A stretch of DNA of 24,672 nt from Chitinispirillaceae bacterium (GCA_016930275.1 JAFGHA010000179.1:1-24672); one strand, 5' to 3'; shown: positions 8,755 to 17,504, counted from the first letter of the stretch. Notes: generated from the sequence alone by a model not told the origin. Made by a program: numbers and translations.

Positions 8755-11700
8755 TCATTGTTTCTGTTTGCCGGTACGGCAAAACTCCTGGTACCGTTTA
8801 ACGGCTGCAGTGTGCTCTGATTCGGGAACATACTTGCTCTCAATCTTAGCACCAATTATCCCCTCAGGTAGATCAAAGGTTAAGAGTGTTTCACCCCGCA
8901 GGAGTACCCATGTTTTCGTGGTCGACCTGCATCGATCCATTTCTCCGAAAAACAACGTCAAGGCACCGGTATCAGCAATAGTCCAGTTTCCATAGCGCAG
9001 GAAAATATCCCCGGGCTGCATTCCAAGCGAATCGGCAATGGTGTTCGGAAAAACCTGAAAGATTTTCATGGTGACCACCACTTGTTTCCCGTTAATATCG
9101 TAAAATGTTTCGGATGTAATCTTTCCGCTGTCATCGTATGCCTTGTCCCACCTGGTATATCCACCCCTGGTTCGAACCGGTTTCCCATCAAGTCCGAGGA
9201 AAAGACTGGTGGTTACATTTCCACTCTGATCATACGTATCCCTGCATTTGGCATATCCTTCAGCCAATAAAAATGGAGCACCTTCCGAATTAAAAAATTC
9301 TCTCAGCTTGACATGATCAACAGTATCATGGGTAACGATCATTTTTGCATAACCGAAATTACTTATTACCGGTTTACCCTCGGTACCGAACGTCTCATAG
9401 GAGCATAGCTCTCCCCGCGCGTTGTAACTGAAGGCCGTACGGGCGTATCCATCCTTGTTTAAAACCGGCTTTCCATCGATGCCGAAGAAGGCTTCCGACG
9501 TTGTATTACTTTGGTTATCATATGTTAATTTAGTCGAAGCATAACCTCCAACAGCAACCGGTTTCCCGTCTAAACCAAAGGTAGTAACTTCCGTACGTTT
9601 CCCCTGCCGGTTGTATTTTGCAGTCCATCTCGTATAACCGTCCTTCTGCAGGACAGGCAGTCCTTTTTCATCGAAATAACTCACCTCAGTTCTATTTCCA
9701 TGCTCATCGTTTTTCATCCGCACCTTGTGGTATCCATCAGCCCAGAGCAATGGTCGTTTTTCTGAATCGAAAAGTGATATCTCTTTTAAAAAACCGTTCT
9801 CATCATAGTCGTAACACTGCCATGTGTTTATTGAAAAATCATAAGCGGACGTCTTTCTTACATTGACATCATAACCTTCTTTAACTAATGTATCTCCCTT
9901 TTCATCATATTGATAAATAGACTTTGCGATACCTGTACTTTTTACACCCACCGCACCGCCGTCAACATCAAGAAATTCCACAGTGACCTTGTTACCGTAA
10001 GCATCAAAAGTTTGTTTCATCCTGGCAAAACCTTCATTACACCGTTGCAATTCTCCGTCGGTACCAAACATTTCAATCTCTGTGCAGTTATTATAAATAT
10101 CATGGTGATATATGTATTTTGAAATCCCGAGTTCGTTAACCACCGGCTGTCCTTTTATACCGAAGGCCTCTTCTTCAATCATATTGCCACGATCATCATA
10201 TCGTCTGACAATTTTTGCCGATCTTTTACTGTTTTGTACGGGAAGACTATCCGCTCCAAAAAATTCACTGACAACCGGGTTGCCACGCTCATCCCGGGAT
10301 ACAACGGCACGCGAATACCCGTCAGGAATCATTACAGGCTGTCCAACCGAATCGAAATATGCGACCGAAATGATATCTCCACTTTCATTATAATCCAATT
10401 CCAGTTTCGAGTAGCCCGTTTTTTTATTTGTCACAGGTTTTCCTGCGATCCCGAAATATTCAGTCTGCAGACAATTTCCCTGGTCATCGCAGATATACCG
10501 TTCACTTGCCACACCTTGTTCATTCAACGCCGGTTTATCATCCGCATCAAGATACACCACTTCTATAATATTCCCTCGTTCATCATAGGTGTAAATCCGT
10601 GTTGCATACCCAACCCCCTTCCTGCCCGGATTCTCATTCGCATCAAAATACCGTTCCTCCTCCACAACATTGAATTTATCATGGTATTTCAACTCCAGTT
10701 TCGCATACCCGTCTTTGCCGACAACATAATTCCCATTCGCATCAAAACATTCAATTTGAACCCTGTTATTTCTTTCATCATATCTATAGGCAAAACTTGA
10801 ACATCCATCTTTGCTCATTGCAGGTTTTCCATCAATGCCATAATAGGAACCCGATATCTGTAATCCCCGGCTATTGTTTACTAAAACAATTTTTGAGTAA
10901 CCGCCCATATACAACGCAGGGTTCCCGACCGTATCACGATACTCTTCAGAGGTAACATTTCCCATCTGATCATAGGTCCACACCCTTTTATGATAGCCGT
11001 ATTTGTCCATTACAGGGCTGCCATTATCCCCCAGAAACGCCTGGGATACCTTGTTCCCATTCCGGTCATATTCATACACTTGCTTTGAATATCCCTCGTT
11101 CAGAATCGCGGGCCGGCAATCCAATCCAAAACACGATACTGATGTACTATTCCCGTAAGAATCATAGGTAAACCTTATCTCCGCACATCCGGCTCTAAAA
11201 ATAAAAGGCTCACCATCCGGCCCGATGTATTCCTGACTAACTCCTTCACCATCCTTGTTCCATACCTGTTTTGTTCCCATTAAACCATTTTTAAGTGCCG
11301 CCGGTTCTCCCTTCGAATTCAGATATAAAATCCATATTACTGTCTCTGCATCTTCCAATCTGGTCATCTCGCCGAAACTGCCAGTCGCATCACAGACATT
11401 ATTTCCGAGATAATCACGATAGCGACGTACTATAGTTCGACCATTAACGTCCAGAACCAGCAGGTGCTGACTGACTTTCGATTTTCGTTGAATATTGGTG
11501 AACCCGGCATCCGCATTAAATTCCACTCCTCCCTGATGAGCTGTTGTGTGGTCAAGGCTCTTAAGATCGATATAAATCGAATCCGGCCTGGCGTTACTGT
11601 CGGACAGACCGTAACCATAGTTCCACACCATAACAACTTTCCCCAGCCAATCTTTCTGCACGATCCGCTCCACTTTCCCGTCCTGCCGGTAGTCGATGCT

Positions 11701-12588
11701 CAGCTCCGCCACCCCTAATAACCCCCCCTCCAGATCCATCAGCTGGCCTTTACTGTTGACATACCCCGCTCGGACCACCTTCCCCCCGCGCTCTTCCAGC
11801 CGCCAGGTGCGATAGCGGTGGGAATGAAATTTCCGGGATACCCACCCCACCCCTTCGGGTGCGCCCCACCGCCAGGTAATGTTGCGGTAATACCGTACCT
11901 TGACACGGGTGTAATCCCACCAGGCCAAATATCCTCCCGCGATAAGCAGCACGACCGCCCCAATCGCGCCGATCTGCAACCGCAGCCGCCGCATACGACG
12001 CTGATGCTCCCGCCGTCGCAGTTCATCATAGGAACAACCGAGCACATGCGCCAGGATTCTCAGAAGCGCATTTGATTTGAGCGTTTTCAGCGGTTCAGAC
12101 GCACGCAGCCGCACATCCGCAAAGAGCGGTTCGGCATCCTCGTCTCCTTCAACGGCTGTTCCGTCTTCCCGCTGCACCACTTTTTTCAGTTCACGCAAAG
12201 CCTGCGGAAACGATTCTTCCGGAGTGCCTTCAATAAGCAACGGAATAATGCAATGCCCGCGCCCCATTTCCCTGAACTGCGCCACCTCCTGGTTTACCCA
12301 GCGCGATTTCGGAGTCGACCGTGAACAGATCACCACCAGGAATTTCGATGCGGCAAGAGCGTTTTTTATGTCATCCTTGAGGTCTGCCGAGGTTGGCAGT
12401 TCGTCCTCGTCGCGGAATACTCTCTTGAGCTTTGCGGGAATACCCTTTTTCACCAGTGCCGCAGGCGTCCGGAACGTTTCCAGCGCATGTATCAGCCACT
12501 GTGCATACTCGCGGTCGGCATCAAGATGCCGGTAGCTTATGAAAACGTCATATTCGAACACACTGCCTTTGTCGAGTTCTTCAGACAC
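8755..12588 (-). CDS. N-terminal TIR domain, single TM helix, long extracytoplasmic 32-aa repeat array and a C-terminal PDZ-like domain (1277 aa)
   Basis: GTG start with AGGAGA 7 nt upstream. The TIR region is YDVFISYRHLDAD...FLVVICSRSTPKSRWVNQEVAQF...IIPLLIEG, with the candidate catalytic Glu at aa 101. The TM helix LQIGAIGAVVLLIAGGYLAWW covers about aa 204-224. At least 22 repeat units follow. The PDZ-like end is SLGMQPGDIFLRYGNWTI...WVLLRGETLLTFDLP (about nt 8836-9075). Confidence 0.9.
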   Translation of the reverse strand: MSEELDKGSVFEYDVFISYRHLDADREYAQWLIHALETFRTPAALVKKGIPAKLKRVFRDEDELPTSADLKDDIKNALAASKFLVVICSRSTPKSRWVNQEVAQFREMGRGHCIIPLLIEGTPEESFPQALRELKKVVQREDGTAVEGDEDAEPLFADVRLRASEPLKTLKSNALLRILAHVLGCSYDELRRREHQRRMRRLRLQIGAIGAVVLLIAGGYLAWWDYTRVKVRYYRNITWRWGAPEGVGWVSRKFHSHRYRTWRLEERGGKVVRAGYVNSKGQLMDLEGGLLGVAELSIDYRQDGKVERIVQKDWLGKVVMVWNYGYGLSDSNARPDSIYIDLKSLDHTTAHQGGVEFNADAGFTNIQRKSKVSQHLLVLDVNGRTIVRRYRDYLGNNVCDATGSFGEMTRLEDAETVIWILYLNSKGEPAALKNGLMGTKQVWNKDGEGVSQEYIGPDGEPFIFRAGCAEIRFTYDSYGNSTSVSCFGLDCRPAILNEGYSKQVYEYDRNGNKVSQAFLGDNGSPVMDKYGYHKRVWTYDQMGNVTSEEYRDTVGNPALYMGGYSKIVLVNNSRGLQISGSYYGIDGKPAMSKDGCSSFAYRYDERNNRVQIECFDANGNYVVGKDGYAKLELKYHDKFNVVEEERYFDANENPGRKGVGYATRIYTYDERGNIIEVVYLDADDKPALNEQGVASERYICDDQGNCLQTEYFGIAGKPVTNKKTGYSKLELDYNESGDIISVAYFDSVGQPVMIPDGYSRAVVSRDERGNPVVSEFFGADSLPVQNSKRSAKIVRRYDDRGNMIEEEAFGIKGQPVVNELGISKYIYHHDIYNNCTEIEMFGTDGELQRCNEGFARMKQTFDAYGNKVTVEFLDVDGGAVGVKSTGIAKSIYQYDEKGDTLVKEGYDVNVRKTSAYDFSINTWQCYDYDENGFLKEISLFDSEKRPLLWADGYHKVRMKNDEHGNRTEVSYFDEKGLPVLQKDGYTRWTAKYNRQGKRTEVTTFGLDGKPVAVGGYASTKLTYDNQSNTTSEAFFGIDGKPVLNKDGYARTAFSYNARGELCSYETFGTEGKPVISNFGYAKMIVTHDTVDHVKLREFFNSEGAPFLLAEGYAKCRDTYDQSGNVTTSLFLGLDGKPVRTRGGYTRWDKAYDDSGKITSETFYDINGKQVVVTMKIFQVFPNTIADSLGMQPGDIFLRYGNWTIADTGALTLFFGEMDRCRSTTKTWVLLRGETLLTFDLPEGIIGAKIESKYVPESEHTAAVKRYQEFCRTGKQKQ
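9076..11190 (-). repeat. coding tandem repeat: at least 22 consecutive 31-34-aa units, consensus G-Y-[AS]-K-x5-Y-D-x2-G-N-x6-[YF]-F-G-x-D-G-K-P-V-x4
   Basis: Read from the translation at aa 467-1171. Examples are GYSKQVYEYDRNGNKVSQAFLGDNGSPVMDKY, GYSKLELDYNESGDIISVAYFDSVGQPVMIPD, GYASTKLTYDNQSNTTSEAFFGIDGKPVLNKD and GYAKCRDTYDQSGNVTTSLFLGLDGKPVRTRG. More degenerate copies extend upstream to about nt 11800. The units are diverged at the DNA level, so this is not a slippage-type repeat. Confidence 0.75.
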
Positions 12589-12614
12589 TGTCGTTCTCCT
12601 GTCTCATACAAATC

Positions 12615-12642
12615 ATTATGACTAAATTATTGCTACAGACAA
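12615..12642 (-). promoter_or_regulatory. candidate sigma70-type promoter for the TIR-repeat gene
   Basis: The - strand reads TTGTCT (12642-12637), a 16-nt spacer, then CATAAT (12620-12615), inside the AT-rich 104-nt spacer between the two TIR genes. This is a motif match only, and the promoter consensus of this organism is unknown. Confidence 0.25.
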
Positions 12643-12692
12643 ATACCCAAAATAGTCCATTGACACAGCAGGATCATTGCACCGGCTCAATC

Positions 12693-14543
12693 TCACCATG
12701 CGAAAATTCCCCCGGCGACAAGGAACAATACGGCACCAATTACCGCGGCTAATTGCCACAAACGCCGTATGCGACGCTGCCGTTCCCGCTGTCGAAGTTC
12801 GTCGAACGAGCAGCCCAGCACTTGCGCAACAATACGTAAGAGCGCCATAGACCTAAGTTTCTTCACCGATTCTCCTGACCGCGGCCGCACATCGGCAAAA
12901 AGCGGTTCAACATCCTCGTCACTTTCAACAAATGTTCCATCCTCGCGATTCACTACTTTTTTCAGTGCACGCAGGGCCGGCGGAAACGATTCTTCCGGCG
13001 AACCTTCAATGAGTAGTGGGATAATATGGTGCCCACGTCCCATCTCCCTGAACTGCACGACCTCCTGGTTTACCCAGCGTGATTGCGGTGTTGCGGGGGA
13101 GCAGATAACCACCAGAAAATTCGAGGCGGAAAGTGCTCGTGTTATATCATCTTTAAGATTCGCGGAGGTTGGCAGTTCATCTTCATCCCGGAAAACCTTT
13201 GTCAATCGTGACTTAGTTCCTTTTTTGACCAGTGGCAGAGGAGTGCGGAACATTTCGAGCGCATTGACTAACCACAGAGCATATTCACGGTCGGCATCAA
13301 CATGCCGGTAACTGATAAATGCATCATACTCATACCCGTTTTCAATACCGGCATTTTCCGGTACAATCATTATTCGTATACTATTGTAAAGTTCACTGTA
13401 TAGTCGTATAGCTAAGGCTGGGATTCGAAATTTGTTCATTGCCCTATTGTCGAGCACACGCAGATATACTCCAGCTACCAGCCAGCAGGAAACAGTCCAG
13501 TACCCGCCATACCCCGCGAATGGCATAGGAATAAAGGGTACCAGCCGCACCACCCCCGTTGATCTGGTTATATGTGCAATTGCTAAAAAAATAAGAATAA
13601 ATAACAGTACCCGGGCGACTTCTCGACTGTTTTCATCGCGTATTTTTCGACATCCTGCCCACATTACATATGCCAGTACTGCATAAACTCCACACAGTAT
13701 CGCCACTCCGATGCCACCGAACTCATACCATAACATTTGCAGCGTGGAATGAGCCGCCAGTAGTTCATACCTGACAGTATTCTTATTCAAACACTGTTGA
13801 CCGTTACGGTCCTTTGTATCCGATTGCACCCACGACTTGTAGCAGTTGCGACTGTCATGCAACCGGGCCGCCGCACGAACCTGATGAGCAGACGCTTTAT
13901 CGTATACTACCTCGTTATAGTCCGGATTGAACTTCACCAGCAGTAATATCGCCACAACACCACACACCACCGGCACAAGTGCAAGGGTGATTTTTATACC
14001 GGGCATACGCGAGACCAGCACCATATACAAAACCGTTGCATTGAAAAGCAGCAGCATCGCCGTGTCCGGCTGCAGTAACAGAAGCCCGTTGACGGCAACG
14101 GTCAACCCCGCGACTGCACCCGGATATTTCCAACCGTCCTTTTTACGGCAATCAGTGAAAATCAGATGCACCAGCAGCGGCAGAAGAAGGAGCAATGCCA
14201 AAGTTCCGGAATGCAGCGGGAAAGGCCCAAACCAAACAATCTGGGGCTCTCCAGAGCAAAAAGGACCCCATTGACCGCATTGGGCTTGGGCTGTAAGGAG
14301 GAGAACTCCCGCAGCTGCAGCAAGGTGATACCTGCTTCCACGCCAATTAACTCTGACCAGCACAAGCGATGTCGCAAGAACAATTCCGAAACAGTTTCTG
14401 CTCAGGAATCGCATGAAATATTCGATATCGAATCCTGCGAACGACCAGAATTGCCGGGTAAGATACCCGCCGATTATCGTCAGGGCCAGCATCAAACCAA
14501 CAATCAGGACTGCTGTGCCGATATTCCGTTCGGTTGTTCTCAT
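12693..14543 (-). CDS. polytopic FtsW/RodA/SpoVE (SEDS)-like membrane domain fused to a TIR domain and a C-terminal TM helix (616 aa)
   Basis: ATG with GGAGA 9 nt upstream. In aa 1-365 the SEDS-like motifs occur in the right order: LLLLQPDTAMLLLF (compare QPDLGT), ELLAAHSTLQMLWYEFGGIGVAIL (compare PE.HTDFIF..i.EE.G..G) and PFIPMPFAGYGGYWTV (compare g.pLPf.SYGGS). In aa 405-585 the TIR region is YDAFISYRHVDAD...FLVVICSPATPQSRWVNQEVVQF...IIPLLIEG. The terminal TM helix is LAAVIGAVLFLVAGGIFAW. Confidence 0.8.
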   Translation of the reverse strand: MRTTERNIGTAVLIVGLMLALTIIGGYLTRQFWSFAGFDIEYFMRFLSRNCFGIVLATSLVLVRVNWRGSRYHLAAAAGVLLLTAQAQCGQWGPFCSGEPQIVWFGPFPLHSGTLALLLLLPLLVHLIFTDCRKKDGWKYPGAVAGLTVAVNGLLLLQPDTAMLLLFNATVLYMVLVSRMPGIKITLALVPVVCGVVAILLLVKFNPDYNEVVYDKASAHQVRAAARLHDSRNCYKSWVQSDTKDRNGQQCLNKNTVRYELLAAHSTLQMLWYEFGGIGVAILCGVYAVLAYVMWAGCRKIRDENSREVARVLLFILIFLAIAHITRSTGVVRLVPFIPMPFAGYGGYWTVSCWLVAGVYLRVLDNRAMNKFRIPALAIRLYSELYNSIRIMIVPENAGIENGYEYDAFISYRHVDADREYALWLVNALEMFRTPLPLVKKGTKSRLTKVFRDEDELPTSANLKDDITRALSASNFLVVICSPATPQSRWVNQEVVQFREMGRGHHIIPLLIEGSPEESFPPALRALKKVVNREDGTFVESDEDVEPLFADVRPRSGESVKKLRSMALLRIVAQVLGCSFDELRQRERQRRIRRLWQLAAVIGAVLFLVAGGIFAW

Positions 14544-14595
14544 CGAATTGTTCTCCGTTGTATGTTAAATTAGATATACCTCAAATCATTCGACA

Positions 14596-17295
14596 TCATC
14601 TCTTCAGGTAAATCCCCAGCCCCGCGGCCTTCGCCAGTGCAGGAAGATCGCGGAATGGAGCCCGGTCCTTCTCCCGTTCCCCATCGAGTCGCGGATCGTT
14701 CCAGGGCAGAATACAGGGATGTTTTCGTGCAGGTTCGTCACGTACCGGACCGTACCGCCATCCCTCCATCAGCCGTTCGACATTCCAGCGGCCATGTTCC
14801 TCTTCGGCAAGAACCTCTATTCCCTCGTTGCCGATTGCCGCTTCGAGATCTTTCACCGGTTCTCCGTTTCCCTGACCCTGCGGAAGCAGTTCGAGCCCGT
14901 ACAATTCGAGCAGTCGCTTCATCTGAAATGCCTGATGTAAATTTGCCCTTTTGAAGGTTTCATCGAGTTCGTCCCATTGCGGCAGAGGGGCGCGGCGCGT
15001 TCCGGCGATGTATTTCTCGTGAAGCAGCCGCGCGAACGGTTCCACCTCACCGCGAACCGGTGAAATCACTCCGAGGTTTCCCGGAATCATCCGGCAGAAA
15101 TTCCGTATGGTCGCCTGATCATGCGGCAGTGAAAAGCAGCGTTTCCTGACGGTCGCCGACCATCGCGAAGCCTCCCCGGTGATCTCATCGGCACTGCGGC
15201 CGCTGCCCGCTATAATACCGACGGTTGCCCCGAGGGCGGCCGCAAGACGGTACTCAAAGAGCGATATCGGACCGCCGCCCGCTCCGAGCACCCGGACATC
15301 TTCCGGACGTACACCGGCTGAAAGCAGATCGATCCAGTTCTGCACCGGTTGAGCGAAGGTAAACCTTTTGGAACGCGGCACCGTGATCTGTTCATATGCC
15401 GGATGTTCGGCATCGTCATCCACATGACGCGACTCTGGCCGATACGCCTTCAACTGCGGCGACGCTCCGTTGCGCCGGGATGCGGCGATCGCATCGCCGA
15501 CGATTTTCGCGACGCCGACATCGGTGCCGCCGCAGTACACCGTTCCGTTGAATCCGTCAAGTGCGGAAGTTATCGCCCCCGAAAAGGCATCGAGTGTCTC
15601 CTGTTTGTCGCGGTCGCAGGTCCCGGCGACGATCAGTACCGGTCGTGTCGGATCGATTGACGTGTCAAGCGGAGTGAGAACGGAATCGCCACCGGTTTCC
15701 GGTGGTTCACCACCGGCCTCGACCACGACCATACCGATCGCAAGCACCTGCAGAAGCAGTTTGAGCTGCCGTGCGAAATCGGTGTCGAGCGATTTCACCG
15801 CGTCGTAGAGTTCCTGCAGGAGTTCCCGCTCTTCCGCCACCTGGCGGAAATCGGTACTTGACGCGATCCCCATGGTACAGCAGCGAAGACTTTCCGGCAG
15901 ATCACCCGCCAGAGCAAGGAGACGCGCACTGGTGAAATGGGCGAACGGCAGTTCAATCCCCGCCGTCGCATGCTCTTGGCAGCTTGCGACCGCCCCGGCG
16001 ATTGCCGACTGCATCGCGATCGCGGCAGACCGTGAACTCCTGCCGAGACAGAGCATGTGAACATAATGCCCGAACAGATAGGGATTTTCCGGAGCGAGCA
16101 GATGGGCCTGGAAATAGTAATTGCGGGCCGCCACAATACGTCTATGTGATGCAGTGTCGATCAGTTCACAACGGCCGCATTCGGCCATTGCCAGTGCCCT
16201 GACCGCCTTTTCCCGGTCGTCATCCTCAATATCCGCTTTCAATCGATGCACTATCGTGCAGAACTGCTGATCTTCGGTCAATGCATCGATATCGACGACA
16301 ACCGGCCGGGCAAGCGCGATAAGATCATCAAAACCCGCTCTGAATTCAGCCGATTTCCGTTCATGCACATACAATCGGCAGCGCGCCTCGGCAACGATAT
16401 ACCGCAACTCGTTTCGGAACGGCCCCCGCGCGGTTGCAATCCAGGGCGCACATTCCAGTACGTGTTTCCAGTCACGGAGACGACGATACAGCTTGCCGAG
16501 ACGCAGCGCGATCGGAGCCGTTTCTTCACCGAGGTTCTGTGCAAGAAGCAGCCTGAGCCGTCCGACCTCGGCCTCCATTTCTTCCTTATCAAGAAACGCG
16601 CCGTGATCGACTTCGTAGGTTTTCAACCGGTCAACCAGTGCATCGATCGAGCAGCTTGCCTCCTCGAGAACCGCCGAGAGGCGGTTCGATTCACGCACCA
16701 GTACCGCGGGAATTTCCGCTCCGCCCTTGTACAGCAGATCGTGCAGTGCATCCGCCCATACATGTTGAAGATCCGTACGGATCTGAATCTCCGCTTTACG
16801 CTGCAGCCTCGTTCCATCCGAAGCAGCCTTCCGTACCTCCTTGATCGCTTCGGCAATCGACGACGGTATCTCGATCCCGGCCAGTGCCATTCTCTGTTCG
16901 AAATCGGCGGGCAGGAGCACATCAAGATGCACCGAGCCGTACCCGAACCGCTCTACTCCGGCAACCGCAAGTTTATCCTCGCTCTTCTTCACATCGAGGA
17001 ACCGGCCGATCAACCGGTTGGCTTCTCTGACTTCCATCCCGGTATGAACGATAAGTCTGCCGCCGCACAGGTCGCCGAACTCGTGCACCGGATCGGTATA
17101 TCCCGTCTTGCGCAGAATTTTTTCCGCAAAACTCGCCGTTTCCTTGGTACGGACCGCAACCGTACCGAGCGGAGCCGTCCGGTCGCGTACCGCGGCGAGC
17201 AGCCAGGACAATATCTCTCCGAACGATTTGTAAATCGGCCGTTCATACGAAGTGAATTCCGTGATCTGTTGTTCGATAGTGACGGTACCGTCCAT
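14596..17295 (-). CDS. RelA/SpoT-family nucleotidyltransferase, helical linker, SLOG/LSDAT domain and RyR-like domain fusion (899 aa)
   Basis: The RelA_SpoT motifs lie in aa 55-190: FAEKILRK, GDLCGGRLIV, FGYGSVHLDV and AEIQIRTDLQHVWADALHDLLYK. The SLOG/LOG-like motifs lie in aa 550-705: VLIVAGT, YCGGTDVGVAKIVGD, LGAGGGPISLFEYRLA and IIAGSGRSADEI. The RyR-like region lies in aa 752-895: FARLLHEKY...WDELDE and LAEEEHGRWNVERLMEGWRYGP...KHPCILPWNDP...EREKDR. Confidence 0.9.
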   Translation of the reverse strand: MDGTVTIEQQITEFTSYERPIYKSFGEILSWLLAAVRDRTAPLGTVAVRTKETASFAEKILRKTGYTDPVHEFGDLCGGRLIVHTGMEVREANRLIGRFLDVKKSEDKLAVAGVERFGYGSVHLDVLLPADFEQRMALAGIEIPSSIAEAIKEVRKAASDGTRLQRKAEIQIRTDLQHVWADALHDLLYKGGAEIPAVLVRESNRLSAVLEEASCSIDALVDRLKTYEVDHGAFLDKEEMEAEVGRLRLLLAQNLGEETAPIALRLGKLYRRLRDWKHVLECAPWIATARGPFRNELRYIVAEARCRLYVHERKSAEFRAGFDDLIALARPVVVDIDALTEDQQFCTIVHRLKADIEDDDREKAVRALAMAECGRCELIDTASHRRIVAARNYYFQAHLLAPENPYLFGHYVHMLCLGRSSRSAAIAMQSAIAGAVASCQEHATAGIELPFAHFTSARLLALAGDLPESLRCCTMGIASSTDFRQVAEERELLQELYDAVKSLDTDFARQLKLLLQVLAIGMVVVEAGGEPPETGGDSVLTPLDTSIDPTRPVLIVAGTCDRDKQETLDAFSGAITSALDGFNGTVYCGGTDVGVAKIVGDAIAASRRNGASPQLKAYRPESRHVDDDAEHPAYEQITVPRSKRFTFAQPVQNWIDLLSAGVRPEDVRVLGAGGGPISLFEYRLAAALGATVGIIAGSGRSADEITGEASRWSATVRKRCFSLPHDQATIRNFCRMIPGNLGVISPVRGEVEPFARLLHEKYIAGTRRAPLPQWDELDETFKRANLHQAFQMKRLLELYGLELLPQGQGNGEPVKDLEAAIGNEGIEVLAEEEHGRWNVERLMEGWRYGPVRDEPARKHPCILPWNDPRLDGEREKDRAPFRDLPALAKAAGLGIYLKR

Positions 17296-17459
17296 TTTAT
17301 TTCTTTCTGTTGGTCATGATTTTTCGTATTTCCTCAGGAGTCGGAAGACAGAATCCATCCTACTGAACGGGATCACCTTGAGCGGGAGATGACAGTTATT
17401 CGCAATCATTTATGCCGTCGTGTAGAGCAGAATGTTTTTCTGATTCTGGATTCCGACTA

Positions 17460-17478
17460 CATCCCGCTTGGCGGGATG
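17460..17478 (-). promoter_or_regulatory. GC-rich stem-loop in the 209-nt spacer between the HD gene and the RelA/SpoT-SLOG gene
   Basis: CATCCCGC (17460-17467) and GCGGGATG (17471-17478) form a perfect 8-bp stem with a 3-nt loop, about 27 nt downstream of the HD stop on the - strand. No U-tract follows, so it is not a canonical intrinsic terminator. Confidence 0.4.
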
Positions 17479-17504
17479 GATACCTGCGTAGTTCCGAATT
17501 ATCT

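Noticed and set aside
10234-10800. 188-aa + strand ORF inside the repeat region
   Set aside because: It is antisense to the 32-aa repeat array. Its Ile/Phe/Arg-rich composition reflects the reverse complement of the N/K/Y/D-rich repeats.
8755-12588. Reading the 1277-aa protein as an Rhs/YD polymorphic toxin
   Set aside because: The repeat period (32 aa) and consensus differ from canonical YD repeats. There is no PxxxxDPxGL-type cleavage motif or C-terminal toxin tip, since the protein ends in a PDZ-like domain. No immunity gene follows, and the N-terminus is a TIR domain rather than a secretion or trafficking domain.
12077-13311. Two similar + strand ORFs (12077..12535 and 12769..13311) that look conserved between each other
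   Set aside because: Their similarity is a by-product of the duplicated TIR cassette on the opposite strand. Both are Ser/Arg-rich antisense shadows with no start context.
16246-17319. 357-aa ORF on the + strand
   Set aside because: It lies fully antisense to the RelA/SpoT-SLOG gene, whose frame carries a complete series of family motifs. The + frame product is Arg/Pro/Ser-rich low-complexity sequence typical of a shadow ORF in GC-rich coding DNA.
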